A stretch of DNA of 64,000 nt from a virus (Duplodnaviria > Caudoviricetes). Below are positions 46,182 to 56,298 of the stretch, in pieces; the stretch's first letter is position 1; every line of letters starts with the position of its first letter. The stretch spans positions 90,060 through 154,059 of the IMG/VR virus record IMGVR_UViG_3300025723_000017. The stretch is one strand, 5' to 3'. A program made the translations under genes and the position numbers. A model generated the notes under the pieces. The model saw only the letters and a list, made by a program, of their open reading frames with translations, did no database searches and had not been told where the DNA came from.

Positions 46182-46743
46182 TTTCCATTCCGTTAATTTC
46201 ATCGGTTCCTGACTGTGCATTAGCTTCATCAGTTACATCGCTATATGAATTATCTAATTCATCTAATTCAAGTTCTTGCTCTTCAATTTCAATGCTACCG
46301 GTACGTATATCACTCATTAAGGCTTTGGGTATAGTAATTTCCACTAACCAAACCTTTTTCTCAATAATTCTAGCTATCTTAGTACCAGGACGATAATCTT
46401 TTGGATCTTCGATTTTGAGTGGTATCTTCATATTAGTACGCTTATACTTTACTGTACAATCAAATGGAAGTAACCGTCTGCCGCCACGTGGATCAGGCAT
46501 TAAATTCTCGGGCCATAAAAAAACACAAGATACTTGGTATTTAGTAATAGTTGGACCTTGTACGAGTTCCCCAAATTCCCAGTTCTTAAATGCATATAAA
46601 TCCATGGAATCAAGTACACGTTCGAAGTCAAGTAACGTCATTAACGTTCCTTCAGACATATAAATGTCCTTAATGTTCTTCGCGACTTGCCAATAGTCCT
46701 GATGATCTTTGAATAGTTCAGAATCAAATGCTTTGTTTGCCAT
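46162..46743 (-). CDS. Conserved large-phage hypothetical protein
   Basis: LLDFERVLDSMDLYAFKNW..GELV.GP...MPDPRGGRRL; CTAAATA upstream. Confidence 0.8.
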   Translation of the reverse strand: MANKAFDSELFKDHQDYWQVAKNIKDIYMSEGTLMTLLDFERVLDSMDLYAFKNWEFGELVQGPTITKYQVSCVFLWPENLMPDPRGGRRLLPFDCTVKYKRTNMKIPLKIEDPKDYRPGTKIARIIEKKVWLVEITIPKALMSDIRTGSIEIEEQELELDELDNSYSDVTDEANAQSGTDEINGMENDQAQF

Positions 46744-46927
46744 AGTAAAGTATTTAGTATAATTTTAAATATGACATAATATTGATAGTTCAAGAAGTTT
46801 CCGGATAGCCAATTACTTATACCTTTTTATAGACTTTTCAATACCCATAGAATATAAAAGTTTATGATTGTAAATACTTAGGACAGTACGGTGCTGTCAG
46901 CAGTAATTTACTTCTACAGAGGTTCTA

Positions 46928-47662
46928 ATGAGTAGACATAGAGCAGTAAAATCACAACGTCGCGATGCGACATTTCAAGAAAATACAATAAATTTTGACC
47001 AAGTAAAACCCATAAAACAACGTCCTATCAATATAGTTCCTAGAACTTTAAATCAAGAACGTTTGGTATTGGCTTTGCAAGATAATGGTCAACATATTGT
47101 AATCACAGCAGGCCCAGCTGGTACTGGAAAAACATATCTTTGTATGTTAGCTGCTGTTAAAGCATTTCGTGAAGGAGAAATAGATCGTATTGTGTTAACA
47201 CGTCCAGCCGTAGAAGTCGAAGGGGAAAAACACGGGTTTTTACCAGGAGACTTGAATCAAAAAATGGATCCATGGGTTCGTCCACTGACAGATATTTTGC
47301 GTGAATATTATAGACCGCAGGATATTGCAGCTATGATGGAGGATGGAGTTATTGAGATTTCGCCACTGGCATTTATGCGTGGACGAACATTCAAAAATGC
47401 ATTTATCATTGCTGATGAAATGCAAAACAGCTCGCCTTCGCAGATGAAGATGCTGATGACACGTATTGGGGAAGGCAGCAAAATTGTCATTACCGGAGAT
47501 ATAGAACAAACCGACCACAAAAAAGGAATCAACGGCCTTGCAGACGTATGCGAAAGAGCGTTGAAAGGAGGTGTAAAAGGAATAGCAGTTTGTGGAATGG
47601 ATAGTCGCGATATACAACGACATGCCATTATTGGGCAGGTATTAAAGATGTACGCAGACTAA
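46928..47662 (+). CDS. phoH: PhoH-like ATPase
   Basis: GPAGTGKT, LTRPAVE, GFLPGDL, PLAFMRGRTF, IADEMQN, TRIGEGSK, TGDIEQTD. Confidence 0.95.
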   Translation: MSRHRAVKSQRRDATFQENTINFDQVKPIKQRPINIVPRTLNQERLVLALQDNGQHIVITAGPAGTGKTYLCMLAAVKAFREGEIDRIVLTRPAVEVEGEKHGFLPGDLNQKMDPWVRPLTDILREYYRPQDIAAMMEDGVIEISPLAFMRGRTFKNAFIIADEMQNSSPSQMKMLMTRIGEGSKIVITGDIEQTDHKKGINGLADVCERALKGGVKGIAVCGMDSRDIQRHAIIGQVLKMYAD

Positions 47663-47665
47663 AAT

Positions 47666-47686
47666 AAAGCCCCGAAAGGGGCTTTA
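47666..47686. terminator. Bidirectional terminator
   Basis: AAAGCCCC-GAAA-GGGGCTTT between convergent genes. Confidence 0.8.
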
Positions 47687-47690
47687 CTTA

Positions 47691-48242
47691 TTACTTTTTA
47701 AATTTGATAATGCAGGGAGTATTGATCTTTGCTGCTCGTGCTTTAAGTGCGGTTGACATCTTTGCAGCTCGTGCATCAATAGAATCGGCTAGCCAATCTA
47801 AAAACCTTACTCGCCAACAGTTATTTTTTTCAATAATGTTGTTAAGTTTGGTATACATAGTCTTGAATTCTTCTTTATTTTTATTTTCTACTTCTCTGGT
47901 CCATTTGTTGAGATTCACTATAGATAATGCAACACCTATAAGTTCAGGTTTTTTTGTCAGTCGACATACCGAGTCAAAAAATATTTGATCGGTTTCTTCT
48001 GAGGTATTTAATACTGTCTGATAAGAATTAATTATAAGTTTTACAGTATCATCGAGAACGTTGGTATTTGACGCATCATCAGGGCTATTTACTGCCGTGT
48101 CGCCCACCGCAAGTGACTGTTGTTGATTTTGTTCTGCTTGTGATACAGCTTGGATCTCATCCTTAGCTGCCTCGTTGGGATTGTTGATCAACGATCTCAA
48201 TGACTCGTTGAGATCGTTAATACTCTGTGAATTCGTTGTCAT
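47691..48242 (-). CDS. Hypothetical protein
   Basis: 183-aa ORF, AAGGA RBS. Confidence 0.7.
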   Translation of the reverse strand: MTTNSQSINDLNESLRSLINNPNEAAKDEIQAVSQAEQNQQQSLAVGDTAVNSPDDASNTNVLDDTVKLIINSYQTVLNTSEETDQIFFDSVCRLTKKPELIGVALSIVNLNKWTREVENKNKEEFKTMYTKLNNIIEKNNCWRVRFLDWLADSIDARAAKMSTALKARAAKINTPCIIKFKK

Positions 48243-48279
48243 TATATTTCCTTTACGTGTTAAGTTACTGGCGATTTAT

Positions 48280-48900
48280 TTACTGCTCTTCACCAGTTAT
48301 GTGATAATAAATAGCCTTCCAATTTTTTAATATTGTGATCTCTCGATGGAATTCGTACATATTATGACCATGTTCCAAGACTAACGGTTTAAGACCAGCA
48401 TATAATCCTGCTTCAGCATTTTCCCATTTGTCCTCAATCCAATAGAGTCTGGTATCTTTATATTCGGCCAATGCTGCATCTTTGGAAGCTCCGGTATCTA
48501 AACATACAATACGCTCGAATACTGTGCTGCCAAACAGTTTATGAAGATTCATCTCCCGTAGCTTTTGTGCATTGGGATCCAAACTCAAAGAAGTAATTGC
48601 ATGAAATTTATAGCCATGTTCCTCATGCAATCTTTTAATGTAATACATGGCATCACGCATGGGAGGCAAAAATCCAATAGCTGCGGATTCATTAAAAATG
48701 CGTATCAACTTGACTACTTGATCCCTTGGAATTCCATAACGTACTGCCATGTCATAGTTTAGTTTAGCCCCGGGGACTTCCTCAAATCCGTGCTCATGCA
48801 TCCAAATATTAAATGCCCATTCCCAGTCTAGGACTGCACCGTCAATGTCAGTTAGTATTAGTTTCTGTTTCGATAAGTTCTTGATTTTGAACCTCTTCAA
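48280..48900 (-). CDS. HAD-family 5'(3')-deoxyribonucleotidase-like protein
   Basis: ILTDIDGAVLDW, HAITS, WIEDK motifs. Confidence 0.8.
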   Translation of the reverse strand: MKRFKIKNLSKQKLILTDIDGAVLDWEWAFNIWMHEHGFEEVPGAKLNYDMAVRYGIPRDQVVKLIRIFNESAAIGFLPPMRDAMYYIKRLHEEHGYKFHAITSLSLDPNAQKLREMNLHKLFGSTVFERIVCLDTGASKDAALAEYKDTRLYWIEDKWENAEAGLYAGLKPLVLEHGHNMYEFHREITILKNWKAIYYHITGEEQ

Positions 48901-49150
48901 TAGTTTGATAAGCTGCTTCTAGTAAGTCGATATATTTTGGATAAAACCCATGATAAAAATCACGTACTTTAGGCCAGTTTTTTTCAACTAGCTCACCGTT
49001 AAAGCTACCTTTAACAACTTGTTTGTCCTTAAAATCAAGTATCACGCTGGCTGTTGCCAAATCTTTATTTTTAAGTGATTTACTGATGGACATAGATTCA
49101 TCTACCTTTCCGTCAGCTTTTGTAATGTATTGAATTATTAAATATCTCAT
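48848..49150 (-). CDS. Hypothetical protein
   Basis: ATGA-coupled to the clamp loader. Confidence 0.75.
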   Translation of the reverse strand: MRYLIIQYITKADGKVDESMSISKSLKNKDLATASVILDFKDKQVVKGSFNGELVEKNWPKVRDFYHGFYPKYIDLLEAAYQTIEEVQNQELIETETNTN

Positions 49151-50067
49151 ATTCCTCTCAATTCCGCTAATGTTGCTGAAACATTGATCTCAGCATCTGC
49201 AACCAAATTACTATTAACAATACCATTACGTATAATGATAATTGCCTTGTCTTGACCTTCGACTGTATTACTCCACAGATTCAAGTTATTATACATCCAG
49301 GAAAACATTCCATCCATATCTTCAACAGATGCTTGACTACAAATAATCCTACGTGCCTCGTTAAAATCACCGGCCTTAATTAATTCTACAGCATCCAGTT
49401 TCCAGTCATTTACTGATTGATCATTCTCACTGGGTGCAACTAATTTGCCTGATGTTGAATTTGCCTGCACTAAATTTAAACATTTGCGCAAGTCTGGATA
49501 GGTAGCTTTAATATAGCTGTCTAAAGTATCTAAATCAAATTCTATTTCTTCAGTTACCAGTACAGTTGCTACACGCGCCGTGAACTCTACTGAGTCTGTT
49601 TTTTGAATATGGAATCCTTGGCAACGACTATGTATTGCTGGCATAATTTTATTTGGGTAATTACATGTTAAAATAAATCTAACTGTTTCGCTATAGTCTT
49701 CCATTAAATTTCGCAATGCTGGTTGGACTGAATTAATATTCATGTAATCAGCTTCGTCGATTAGCACAACTTTAAAAGTGCCAAACGGCATTGTGCTACA
49801 AAAACTAATTAGTTTGTCTACCCATTCCAATTTTCGAGCATCTTTAGACCCATTGGCATACAATACATCAAACTCATCTACACCCAATTCATTGATTAGT
49901 AATTTAGCTAAAGTTGTTTTGCCAGTACCTGGACTTCCACTTAATAATAAATGCGGGATACTACCCTGCTTGATCCAATGCGTAACTTGTTGACGTTGCG
50001 AATCATCTGTAAAGACATATCCGTTTACCGTGTTTGGCCTGTATTTTTCAGTCCATATAGAATGCAT
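49147..50067 (-). CDS. Sliding-clamp loader AAA+ subunit (T4 gp44/RFC-small-like)
   Basis: WTEKYRP, GSPGTGKTT, LIDEAD, FILTCNY, SRC, PDLRK. Confidence 0.95.
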   Translation of the reverse strand: MHSIWTEKYRPNTVNGYVFTDDSQRQQVTHWIKQGSIPHLLLSGSPGTGKTTLAKLLINELGVDEFDVLYANGSKDARKLEWVDKLISFCSTMPFGTFKVVLIDEADYMNINSVQPALRNLMEDYSETVRFILTCNYPNKIMPAIHSRCQGFHIQKTDSVEFTARVATVLVTEEIEFDLDTLDSYIKATYPDLRKCLNLVQANSTSGKLVAPSENDQSVNDWKLDAVELIKAGDFNEARRIICSQASVEDMDGMFSWMYNNLNLWSNTVEGQDKAIIIIRNGIVNSNLVADAEINVSATLAELRGI

Positions 50068-50282
50068 CTATTTCTTCCTTATCTAATACTAGTATTATAA
50101 ACTAATATACAGGAAAGTACACCAGTATGGTTAACTGATTTTTTTAAATAATGATTTGATTTTATTAATTAGGGAGTAAAGTGTAAATGGCATATAAAAA
50201 TTAGGACGACGTGGGCATCGCCCTTGATTCCACTCACAGTTATCGTGTGGCTCTTGATGACAGAGTTTACACTTATTCATCC

Positions 50283-50675
50283 TTAATCTCTTGTCTTTTT
50301 ATCTACATGTACAGCTGAACTGATACCTTCAACAGTGGGACATTCTTCGTCGTCTGATACAAGTAAAATATCTTTTGGATCAATTTTACGAATTGTTGTT
50401 TTACCAGATTCATCTTCGATATCCAATCCTCTAGTCCAACGTCCATGTGCTACCAAAACCCATTGTCCAACTTTGACATTTGTTTGTTCATGTCCTACAG
50501 CATACACACGACCCCAGCGTGGACGAATTCCATTGCCTTTGCCGTTGTCATTTAACAGTACAATACCGCCTGTGCTGATACGTTCATCGAATACCATATC
50601 AGCTACTAAAACGTGGTCATGAATTGCTTTAATTTGATGCTTATTAAGTTGGTGTGCAGCATACTGATGCTTCAT
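50283..50675 (-). CDS. GroES-like co-chaperonin
   Basis: IKAIHDHVLV...STGGIVL...GRVYAVG...VKVGQWVLV...DIL. Confidence 0.85.
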   Translation of the reverse strand: MKHQYAAHQLNKHQIKAIHDHVLVADMVFDERISTGGIVLLNDNGKGNGIRPRWGRVYAVGHEQTNVKVGQWVLVAHGRWTRGLDIEDESGKTTIRKIDPKDILLVSDDEECPTVEGISSAVHVDKKTRD

Positions 50676-51151
50676 TAAATTCTCCGTAAGGGTTGATCTT
50701 TTGCTTTTTGACGTGCTGTTTTTTCTAATTCTTGCTTAATTGTTTTTGAGCGAGCAATTGCTGCGGCCAAACCAACTGGCTTTTCAGCATCTGCTGTAAT
50801 TTCTGTCTGTTTAGGAACTATCCCCACTGGAACTTCAGGTGCTGCTGTTGGTGCTGCTACAGGAACCTCTGGGATAGATGCTACTAGGGTATCATCTGTA
50901 GCAGTTGCCATTGTTGATTGTTGGTCTCTTGTACTGGAATGTACACGCCCAGTTGAAACGTTGGATTGTCGTTGAATACGACGCTGAACTTGATGATTAC
51001 GTGGATCAACGATATTGCCCTCTGCATCAATTCTATCTCCTCGTGCGTTTACGCCCATGTTCCCAACCGCACGAACATGCTCATTTTGTAAACGTAATGA
51101 GCCAACATCAACTGATTTGCCTCTAGCTGTTTTGTAAATTTTTTGTGTCAT
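50675..51151 (-). CDS. Hypothetical protein
   Basis: YKTARGK.VD...AVGNMGVNARGD. Confidence 0.8.
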   Translation of the reverse strand: MTQKIYKTARGKSVDVGSLRLQNEHVRAVGNMGVNARGDRIDAEGNIVDPRNHQVQRRIQRQSNVSTGRVHSSTRDQQSTMATATDDTLVASIPEVPVAAPTAAPEVPVGIVPKQTEITADAEKPVGLAAAIARSKTIKQELEKTARQKAKDQPLRRI

Positions 51152-51175
51152 AATATTCTCCTGAATACGCTATAT

Positions 51176-51697
51176 TTAGCGCAAAAATTCGTTAATAGAT
51201 AAATCATAGAACAAGCTGTTTATCCTGTGTACGTTCATTTTATATAGGACATAAGATGCCGTAGAACTACCGCGTCCGACACCCCAAATTATATGATTTT
51301 CCTGCATTACATCTACTAGATATTTTAAATATTTAAGTAGGTTAAATAAATTGTGTTGTTGATATAGCAATAATTCTTCGCCGCACCGTTGCAATTCGGC
51401 TTCATTTTTGCATAGACTCAGTACGTATTCTGCTATATCCATGTCTTTATAATGTTGCGGCATGTGCCAGTTTTGTTGGTTTTCATAATCCCAATCAGTA
51501 ACATCTTTGTCAACATCATCGGATGTATGCGAAATAAATGTATCAGGGAAGTCTTGGACAAAATTGACTAGTTGTTCAATATCAACAGTACTGTCTACTA
51601 ACATACCCCGTAAGGAATCTAGATTGCGACCCTGCATTAGCAAGTCTGCTACATCTCCCTCATTAAAAATCATTTCGCCGTACTTATTTTGTTTCAT
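51176..51697 (-). CDS. Stand-alone fragment of DNA polymerase III alpha (DnaE-like)
   Basis: RCGEEL...YLVDVM....IWGVGRGSSTASYVLY...HRINS, matching the DnaE GxGRGS region; only 173 aa. Confidence 0.75.
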   Translation of the reverse strand: MKQNKYGEMIFNEGDVADLLMQGRNLDSLRGMLVDSTVDIEQLVNFVQDFPDTFISHTSDDVDKDVTDWDYENQQNWHMPQHYKDMDIAEYVLSLCKNEAELQRCGEELLLYQQHNLFNLLKYLKYLVDVMQENHIIWGVGRGSSTASYVLYKMNVHRINSLFYDLSINEFLR

Positions 51698-52292
51698 CTA
51701 ATATTTTGAAATCTGCAAATACTACAGTATTGCCACTGTCATTATTTGATATTTCGCCGGGCCATGCTAATTCTAAATCACTCCATATAGTTAAATTGGC
51801 TAATATATCAATTTCATCTGTGTCTATTAGTTCTGGGTCACAGTGTACTATATCAGCTGATTTCCACCAGTCGGGTATTGTTAATTCATCTACATTTTCA
51901 TCTTGATTATGATAGTATATAATGCCATCACCCAATTTAGAGCTTATTTCTATTTCATCAATGATAATTCTATCTTCGGCAATGGCATTCAATTTATTAA
52001 ATAGCATTATACCCACTAACTGATCGATAGGTTCTTCTGGTATAGTGGTAATATTCATTCCGGCATCGATATATCTAGCACATTGATCGACATATGCTGA
52101 ATTAATAAAAACAGTATTTTCTAATTCATGATATACAAAATATTTAATTCTGTCAAGTGCTGTATTATTAATTGCACCATCTAAACTATTGGTTAAAATA
52201 TGTAGTTTAACTACATAGTCATTCATTTGTAATTCATCACCGTAATGTATACCGGCAAGAAAAGTAAGCGGACAAGTTATTCTAACATTCAT
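51684..52292 (-). CDS. Hypothetical protein
   Basis: 202-aa acidic ORF in operon. Confidence 0.75.
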   Translation of the reverse strand: MNVRITCPLTFLAGIHYGDELQMNDYVVKLHILTNSLDGAINNTALDRIKYFVYHELENTVFINSAYVDQCARYIDAGMNITTIPEEPIDQLVGIMLFNKLNAIAEDRIIIDEIEISSKLGDGIIYYHNQDENVDELTIPDWWKSADIVHCDPELIDTDEIDILANLTIWSDLELAWPGEISNNDSGNTVVFADFKILDETK

Positions 52293-52513
52293 GATATATC
52301 AATCATTCCATCGTAATCTGTACCATGTTGACTAGAACGAAGTTTTTCAGTGTATTTGTTTTGGTACGTTTCTATAGCCATTCTCAGTTGATTGCACAAA
52401 TGATGATTTCCCAATCGCCAAGCAATACTGAGTTTTTTGTTTAATTCAGAGATCTTAACACTGAGTTCTTCAGTGCTAAGTTCGTCAATATTTGGTATTA
52501 GTGGATGTTCCAT
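52289..52513 (-). CDS. Hypothetical coiled-coil protein
   Basis: MEHPLI...LS.EEL..KI.EL.KKL. Confidence 0.7.
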   Translation of the reverse strand: MEHPLIPNIDELSTEELSVKISELNKKLSIAWRLGNHHLCNQLRMAIETYQNKYTEKLRSSQHGTDYDGMIDIS

Positions 52514-52557
52514 ACATTAATTGTATTGGAATTTAAAGTATAGATCAATAGTTTTGA

Positions 52558-53451
52558 TTAGGCAAATACTGCGTTATTGTTGCCAATACAATACCAAACG
52601 GAGTTGGTATACTGTAATGTACACCCACTGCCCATAGCTGCTAATGTAATAGTACCTGATGTTCCTGGTACTGCGGATTTCCAGCCCGCATCAACTACTG
52701 TAATAACCATTGACCCGGCAAAAGTTTGGGTAAACACTTTAATTTGCCCTTCTACACCATCTGCTAGTGTAGCAGTACCAGCAGTGGTAAAATAGCTGGT
52801 AGTTACGGCTAAATTTGCTAAACCAGACGTTACTAAACTTTCACTACTAGCATTAAATGGCTCTAGTGATTTATTTGTTTCATTAATAGTAATATTAATG
52901 CCACCATTGTGTGTGGTAAATGTAAATGAATAAATGCCAGTGACTGCAAATTCCATAACATTAGTCGAAGGATTAAATCCTTGAATTCCTGTAGTATTGA
53001 CACTGACTGCTGCGGGAAACTGTAGCGTATAAGCAGTATTGGTAACAGTGACTTGTAAGGTAACAACACCCGTTTGCCCGGAAATTGGAAAATTACTAAA
53101 TCCTAAACTGGATACTCCGCCTAGTGTGACAGTTTGAAAATGTCCCGAAGCATAATTTATGTTAATTACTCCGGTTAGAGTTCCTAATGATACTGTAGTA
53201 TAGGCGAAATCAGCTACCAATGCATTAGTTAGTGGAGAATTCAACATGTTATTTTGTGTTGAAAGAGCTGCGCCACCGGTTAATTGGCTATTTAAAATTG
53301 ATTTATTTTGTAACTCAGTGATTTCCTGCGCGGCATACTGAAAATTGTTAGCAGTATTTGTGAAATTATCACGAAACCCTTGTGAATTATTATCTTGCCC
53401 CGCAACTGGGTAAGCCCCGTTGATATTATTTGGATTAATCTGACTTGTCAT
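52558..53451 (-). CDS. Probable virion structural protein (tail/baseplate-associated)
   Basis: YPVAGQDNNSQGFRDNF...EITELQ N-terminus; T/G/N-rich beta body; late promoter. Confidence 0.7.
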   Translation of the reverse strand: MTSQINPNNINGAYPVAGQDNNSQGFRDNFTNTANNFQYAAQEITELQNKSILNSQLTGGAALSTQNNMLNSPLTNALVADFAYTTVSLGTLTGVININYASGHFQTVTLGGVSSLGFSNFPISGQTGVVTLQVTVTNTAYTLQFPAAVSVNTTGIQGFNPSTNVMEFAVTGIYSFTFTTHNGGINITINETNKSLEPFNASSESLVTSGLANLAVTTSYFTTAGTATLADGVEGQIKVFTQTFAGSMVITVVDAGWKSAVPGTSGTITLAAMGSGCTLQYTNSVWYCIGNNNAVFA

Positions 53452-53490
53452 TTACTTTTCCTAGTTGCTATTATTTAGCGTGTTTATTAT

Positions 53491-56256
53491 TTATATTAAT
53501 ATATTTCGTTTGGGATACATTAAGTAACGGTTAGCTGCATCAGTGTTAGTATCACTATCAGCTGGACTATTAAATGTAACACTGCCATAATCAAACTCTG
53601 TTGCAACACCAGGAACCACTGTGATATTCCAGGATGCACCAGTTCCAGATCCTGAAATAGTAACACCTGCTAATGCTGAATAAGCGGTATTTGCAGCAAA
53701 TAAATTGGCAGTGCCTGAATAAAATACACTGACAATTGCACCAGTATTATCTACGGTGTTGACAACAATTAATATATCGTTAGCAGGAGTTGTACCGCCG
53801 AGTTCTGTGCCTACAATCTTAATTTGATCACCTACACTATAGCCCATTCCTGCTACCGCTATACCAATATCATAATGATAATTAATATCAAATGTGGTTG
53901 ATTCTGGTGGACTTGGAATCCACTGTTGTATAGCTGGATCCCAATTCACTGTCATTGAATTATCTAATTCATAACGATCAGCTTCAAAGTCAACTAGATT
54001 CAACTGTGTTCCGTATTGTGTTTGTATGTTATACTGTATCTGTCCAGATGCACCTGGTATTGTATAAGCAATGACCCACGCTGGAGTGAATCCCAATACA
54101 TTACCATTAGACTGTACTGACTGCATCCATAGTGGCAACAGGTCACTTTCTTGACCAACTACGTCAATCACCTGATTTCTCATGTTATCTAATGAGTTGG
54201 GATACACTACATCAACCGTTTGATTTTCAATAGGATAAGCCAGTACAACTTCTTTGTCTACACTTACCCCACTATTATTAACTAAATTATCAATGATTTC
54301 TGAATAAACTACTTCATATACAATCTTGCCTGTGATAGGATCAACTGCTTGTGCAGTTTTGATCTCGCCTAATGTTAAGTTTTTCCAATAGTGATTGAGC
54401 TGTAATGCTGTAAGATATGTAGCCGCAGTCGCTGCATTTAATCCATAAGCATGATAATAAATGACGTTTTTAGACAATCCAAAGTTAGGATCATCAGATC
54501 GATATAATAATGCTGGTGTAAAAATAGTAGGATTATTGACCAAACTGTTGATTATTTGTCTGTCATTAGATGGTGGCATACATTGTATGTATAAACTTTG
54601 ATATGGAGTATCGTATGTACGTACAACATCTATCGTGAAAGTTTTATAAACATTAACGTATCCACTGGGAGTAAACGCATTAACTGTAAAGGTATAGGTT
54701 AAATCAAAAGTTGTGGTATTAGCATCAAACGTAGTTGTTCCATTGTCTAATCCAAATGCATTAAAGCTCACACGTCCAACAATGTTACCTGAAGATAATA
54801 AGGTCAACCCCTGTGGCAAACGAGAATTAGTACCAGATGCCAAACGATATTGTAAATTTACATTAGCGGTAGTAGTTGCTTCAACAGTAAACATACTGGT
54901 AGAACCATTACTGATTTTGCCCATATATGATGGAGTAACCCAAGTTACGTTATATGCTATTGGGCCAGTTACAGTTAAACTGTAATACTGCGGGTCACTG
55001 GTTACATCAGGAGTTTCGACAATGTAAGCAGTTACTGAAAAATTATAAATCTGTTGGGATAATCCTATTGTGGGCAAATATCCAGTTAACCATCCGGTAG
55101 TTGCATCAAGATGTAGTCCAGTGGGAATCGATACTCCTATAAATCCAACTGCATCACCGGCAATGTTTCTTGCTTTAAATTGATAAGCAAAATACGTGTC
55201 GCTAGGTGCATTGCCAATACTACCCGGTGGTGTAAGCATTACAGGAGGATCTAAGTCAGATATCGAAGCGGTCAAATATGAATTGTCGGCAGTGATGTAA
55301 GTAGTTGTAGCATCAAATGCCTGTGTACTCCAAACATATAAACTAAATGTTCTCAATGAAGAGGTACGACCATCTGTAACTTGTAATGTAAATTGATAAT
55401 TGACACTGGGAGATTCCACGTCAAAATCAAACGGATATTCACCAAATCCTTGCCCGGTAACACTGAATCCAGGAATAGTTGCACTTGGCGGAAATCCAAC
55501 ATATCCTGATATTAGCCCTGTGCTACTGATAGATAACCCTGGTGGTAATGATCCCGCAACTAAACTAATTGATGGGGGAATATTAGCGGGATTGTCGTCA
55601 GTATATTCAAGCTGAATTCCTGGCTGTAGTAACTGCCCTTCCCAAAGTTGGTCTAATTCGCCAGCTGGGGTGATCCACGAAGGGAAATTTTGACTAGAGA
55701 CTGTTATTGTAAATGTTCTATCAGTCAACCGATTGGTAACAGTTGTACCGCCAATCGTTTTGGTCGTATAAGCGCGAATAGCAAATTTGCTAGTGACATT
55801 TTTTCCTGCTACAATTGCTTCGTCTGCCACAGTAACTACGTTGGTTGGGACTCCCTGTATGACTCCATTGGTAGTACATTCAATACCCGAAGGCAACGCT
55901 CCAGCAATAGGTTCGTAGTAAATTGTAGATGGCACACTGGTAATTGTACCGCCACTGATCCACTCTCCTGTAGCATTACTGGTATATATAACTTGAGTTT
56001 GAGTGCATTTTATTACAGTAAATGTACCATTATACTCTGAAGGATCTACTCCGGCAACTATGATACTATCACCAGGTTGAAAAATAAGTGTGGGCTGTGG
56101 ATAAAAAACTATGGTAACAGTTGATCCATTGCCTGTAATACTGTTAATGTTAATAGTAACAGCATCCGTTGCTTGCAATGGTACTTGATAAAAACTGCCC
56201 TGTTGTACAGTGCCTAAACTGCCCGGAGGAGTAATCCAAATTGGTTGTGATGACAT
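53491..56256 (-). CDS. Large virion protein with repeated Ig/cadherin-like modules (baseplate-like)
   Basis: Repeats of P.W.TP.GSLG and LP.GL.L...G.I.G; 921 aa. Confidence 0.75.
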   Translation of the reverse strand: MSSQPIWITPPGSLGTVQQGSFYQVPLQATDAVTININSITGNGSTVTIVFYPQPTLIFQPGDSIIVAGVDPSEYNGTFTVIKCTQTQVIYTSNATGEWISGGTITSVPSTIYYEPIAGALPSGIECTTNGVIQGVPTNVVTVADEAIVAGKNVTSKFAIRAYTTKTIGGTTVTNRLTDRTFTITVSSQNFPSWITPAGELDQLWEGQLLQPGIQLEYTDDNPANIPPSISLVAGSLPPGLSISSTGLISGYVGFPPSATIPGFSVTGQGFGEYPFDFDVESPSVNYQFTLQVTDGRTSSLRTFSLYVWSTQAFDATTTYITADNSYLTASISDLDPPVMLTPPGSIGNAPSDTYFAYQFKARNIAGDAVGFIGVSIPTGLHLDATTGWLTGYLPTIGLSQQIYNFSVTAYIVETPDVTSDPQYYSLTVTGPIAYNVTWVTPSYMGKISNGSTSMFTVEATTTANVNLQYRLASGTNSRLPQGLTLLSSGNIVGRVSFNAFGLDNGTTTFDANTTTFDLTYTFTVNAFTPSGYVNVYKTFTIDVVRTYDTPYQSLYIQCMPPSNDRQIINSLVNNPTIFTPALLYRSDDPNFGLSKNVIYYHAYGLNAATAATYLTALQLNHYWKNLTLGEIKTAQAVDPITGKIVYEVVYSEIIDNLVNNSGVSVDKEVVLAYPIENQTVDVVYPNSLDNMRNQVIDVVGQESDLLPLWMQSVQSNGNVLGFTPAWVIAYTIPGASGQIQYNIQTQYGTQLNLVDFEADRYELDNSMTVNWDPAIQQWIPSPPESTTFDINYHYDIGIAVAGMGYSVGDQIKIVGTELGGTTPANDILIVVNTVDNTGAIVSVFYSGTANLFAANTAYSALAGVTISGSGTGASWNITVVPGVATEFDYGSVTFNSPADSDTNTDAANRYLMYPKRNILI

Positions 56257-56298
56257 TAGTAGCTCTCTGTACCTATAATATCGACAGTGTATTCCATA

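Noticed and set aside
50200-50275. Possible SAM-type riboswitch (minus-strand ATCAAGAG)
   Set aside because: Only one short motif matches; the remaining conserved core could not be found
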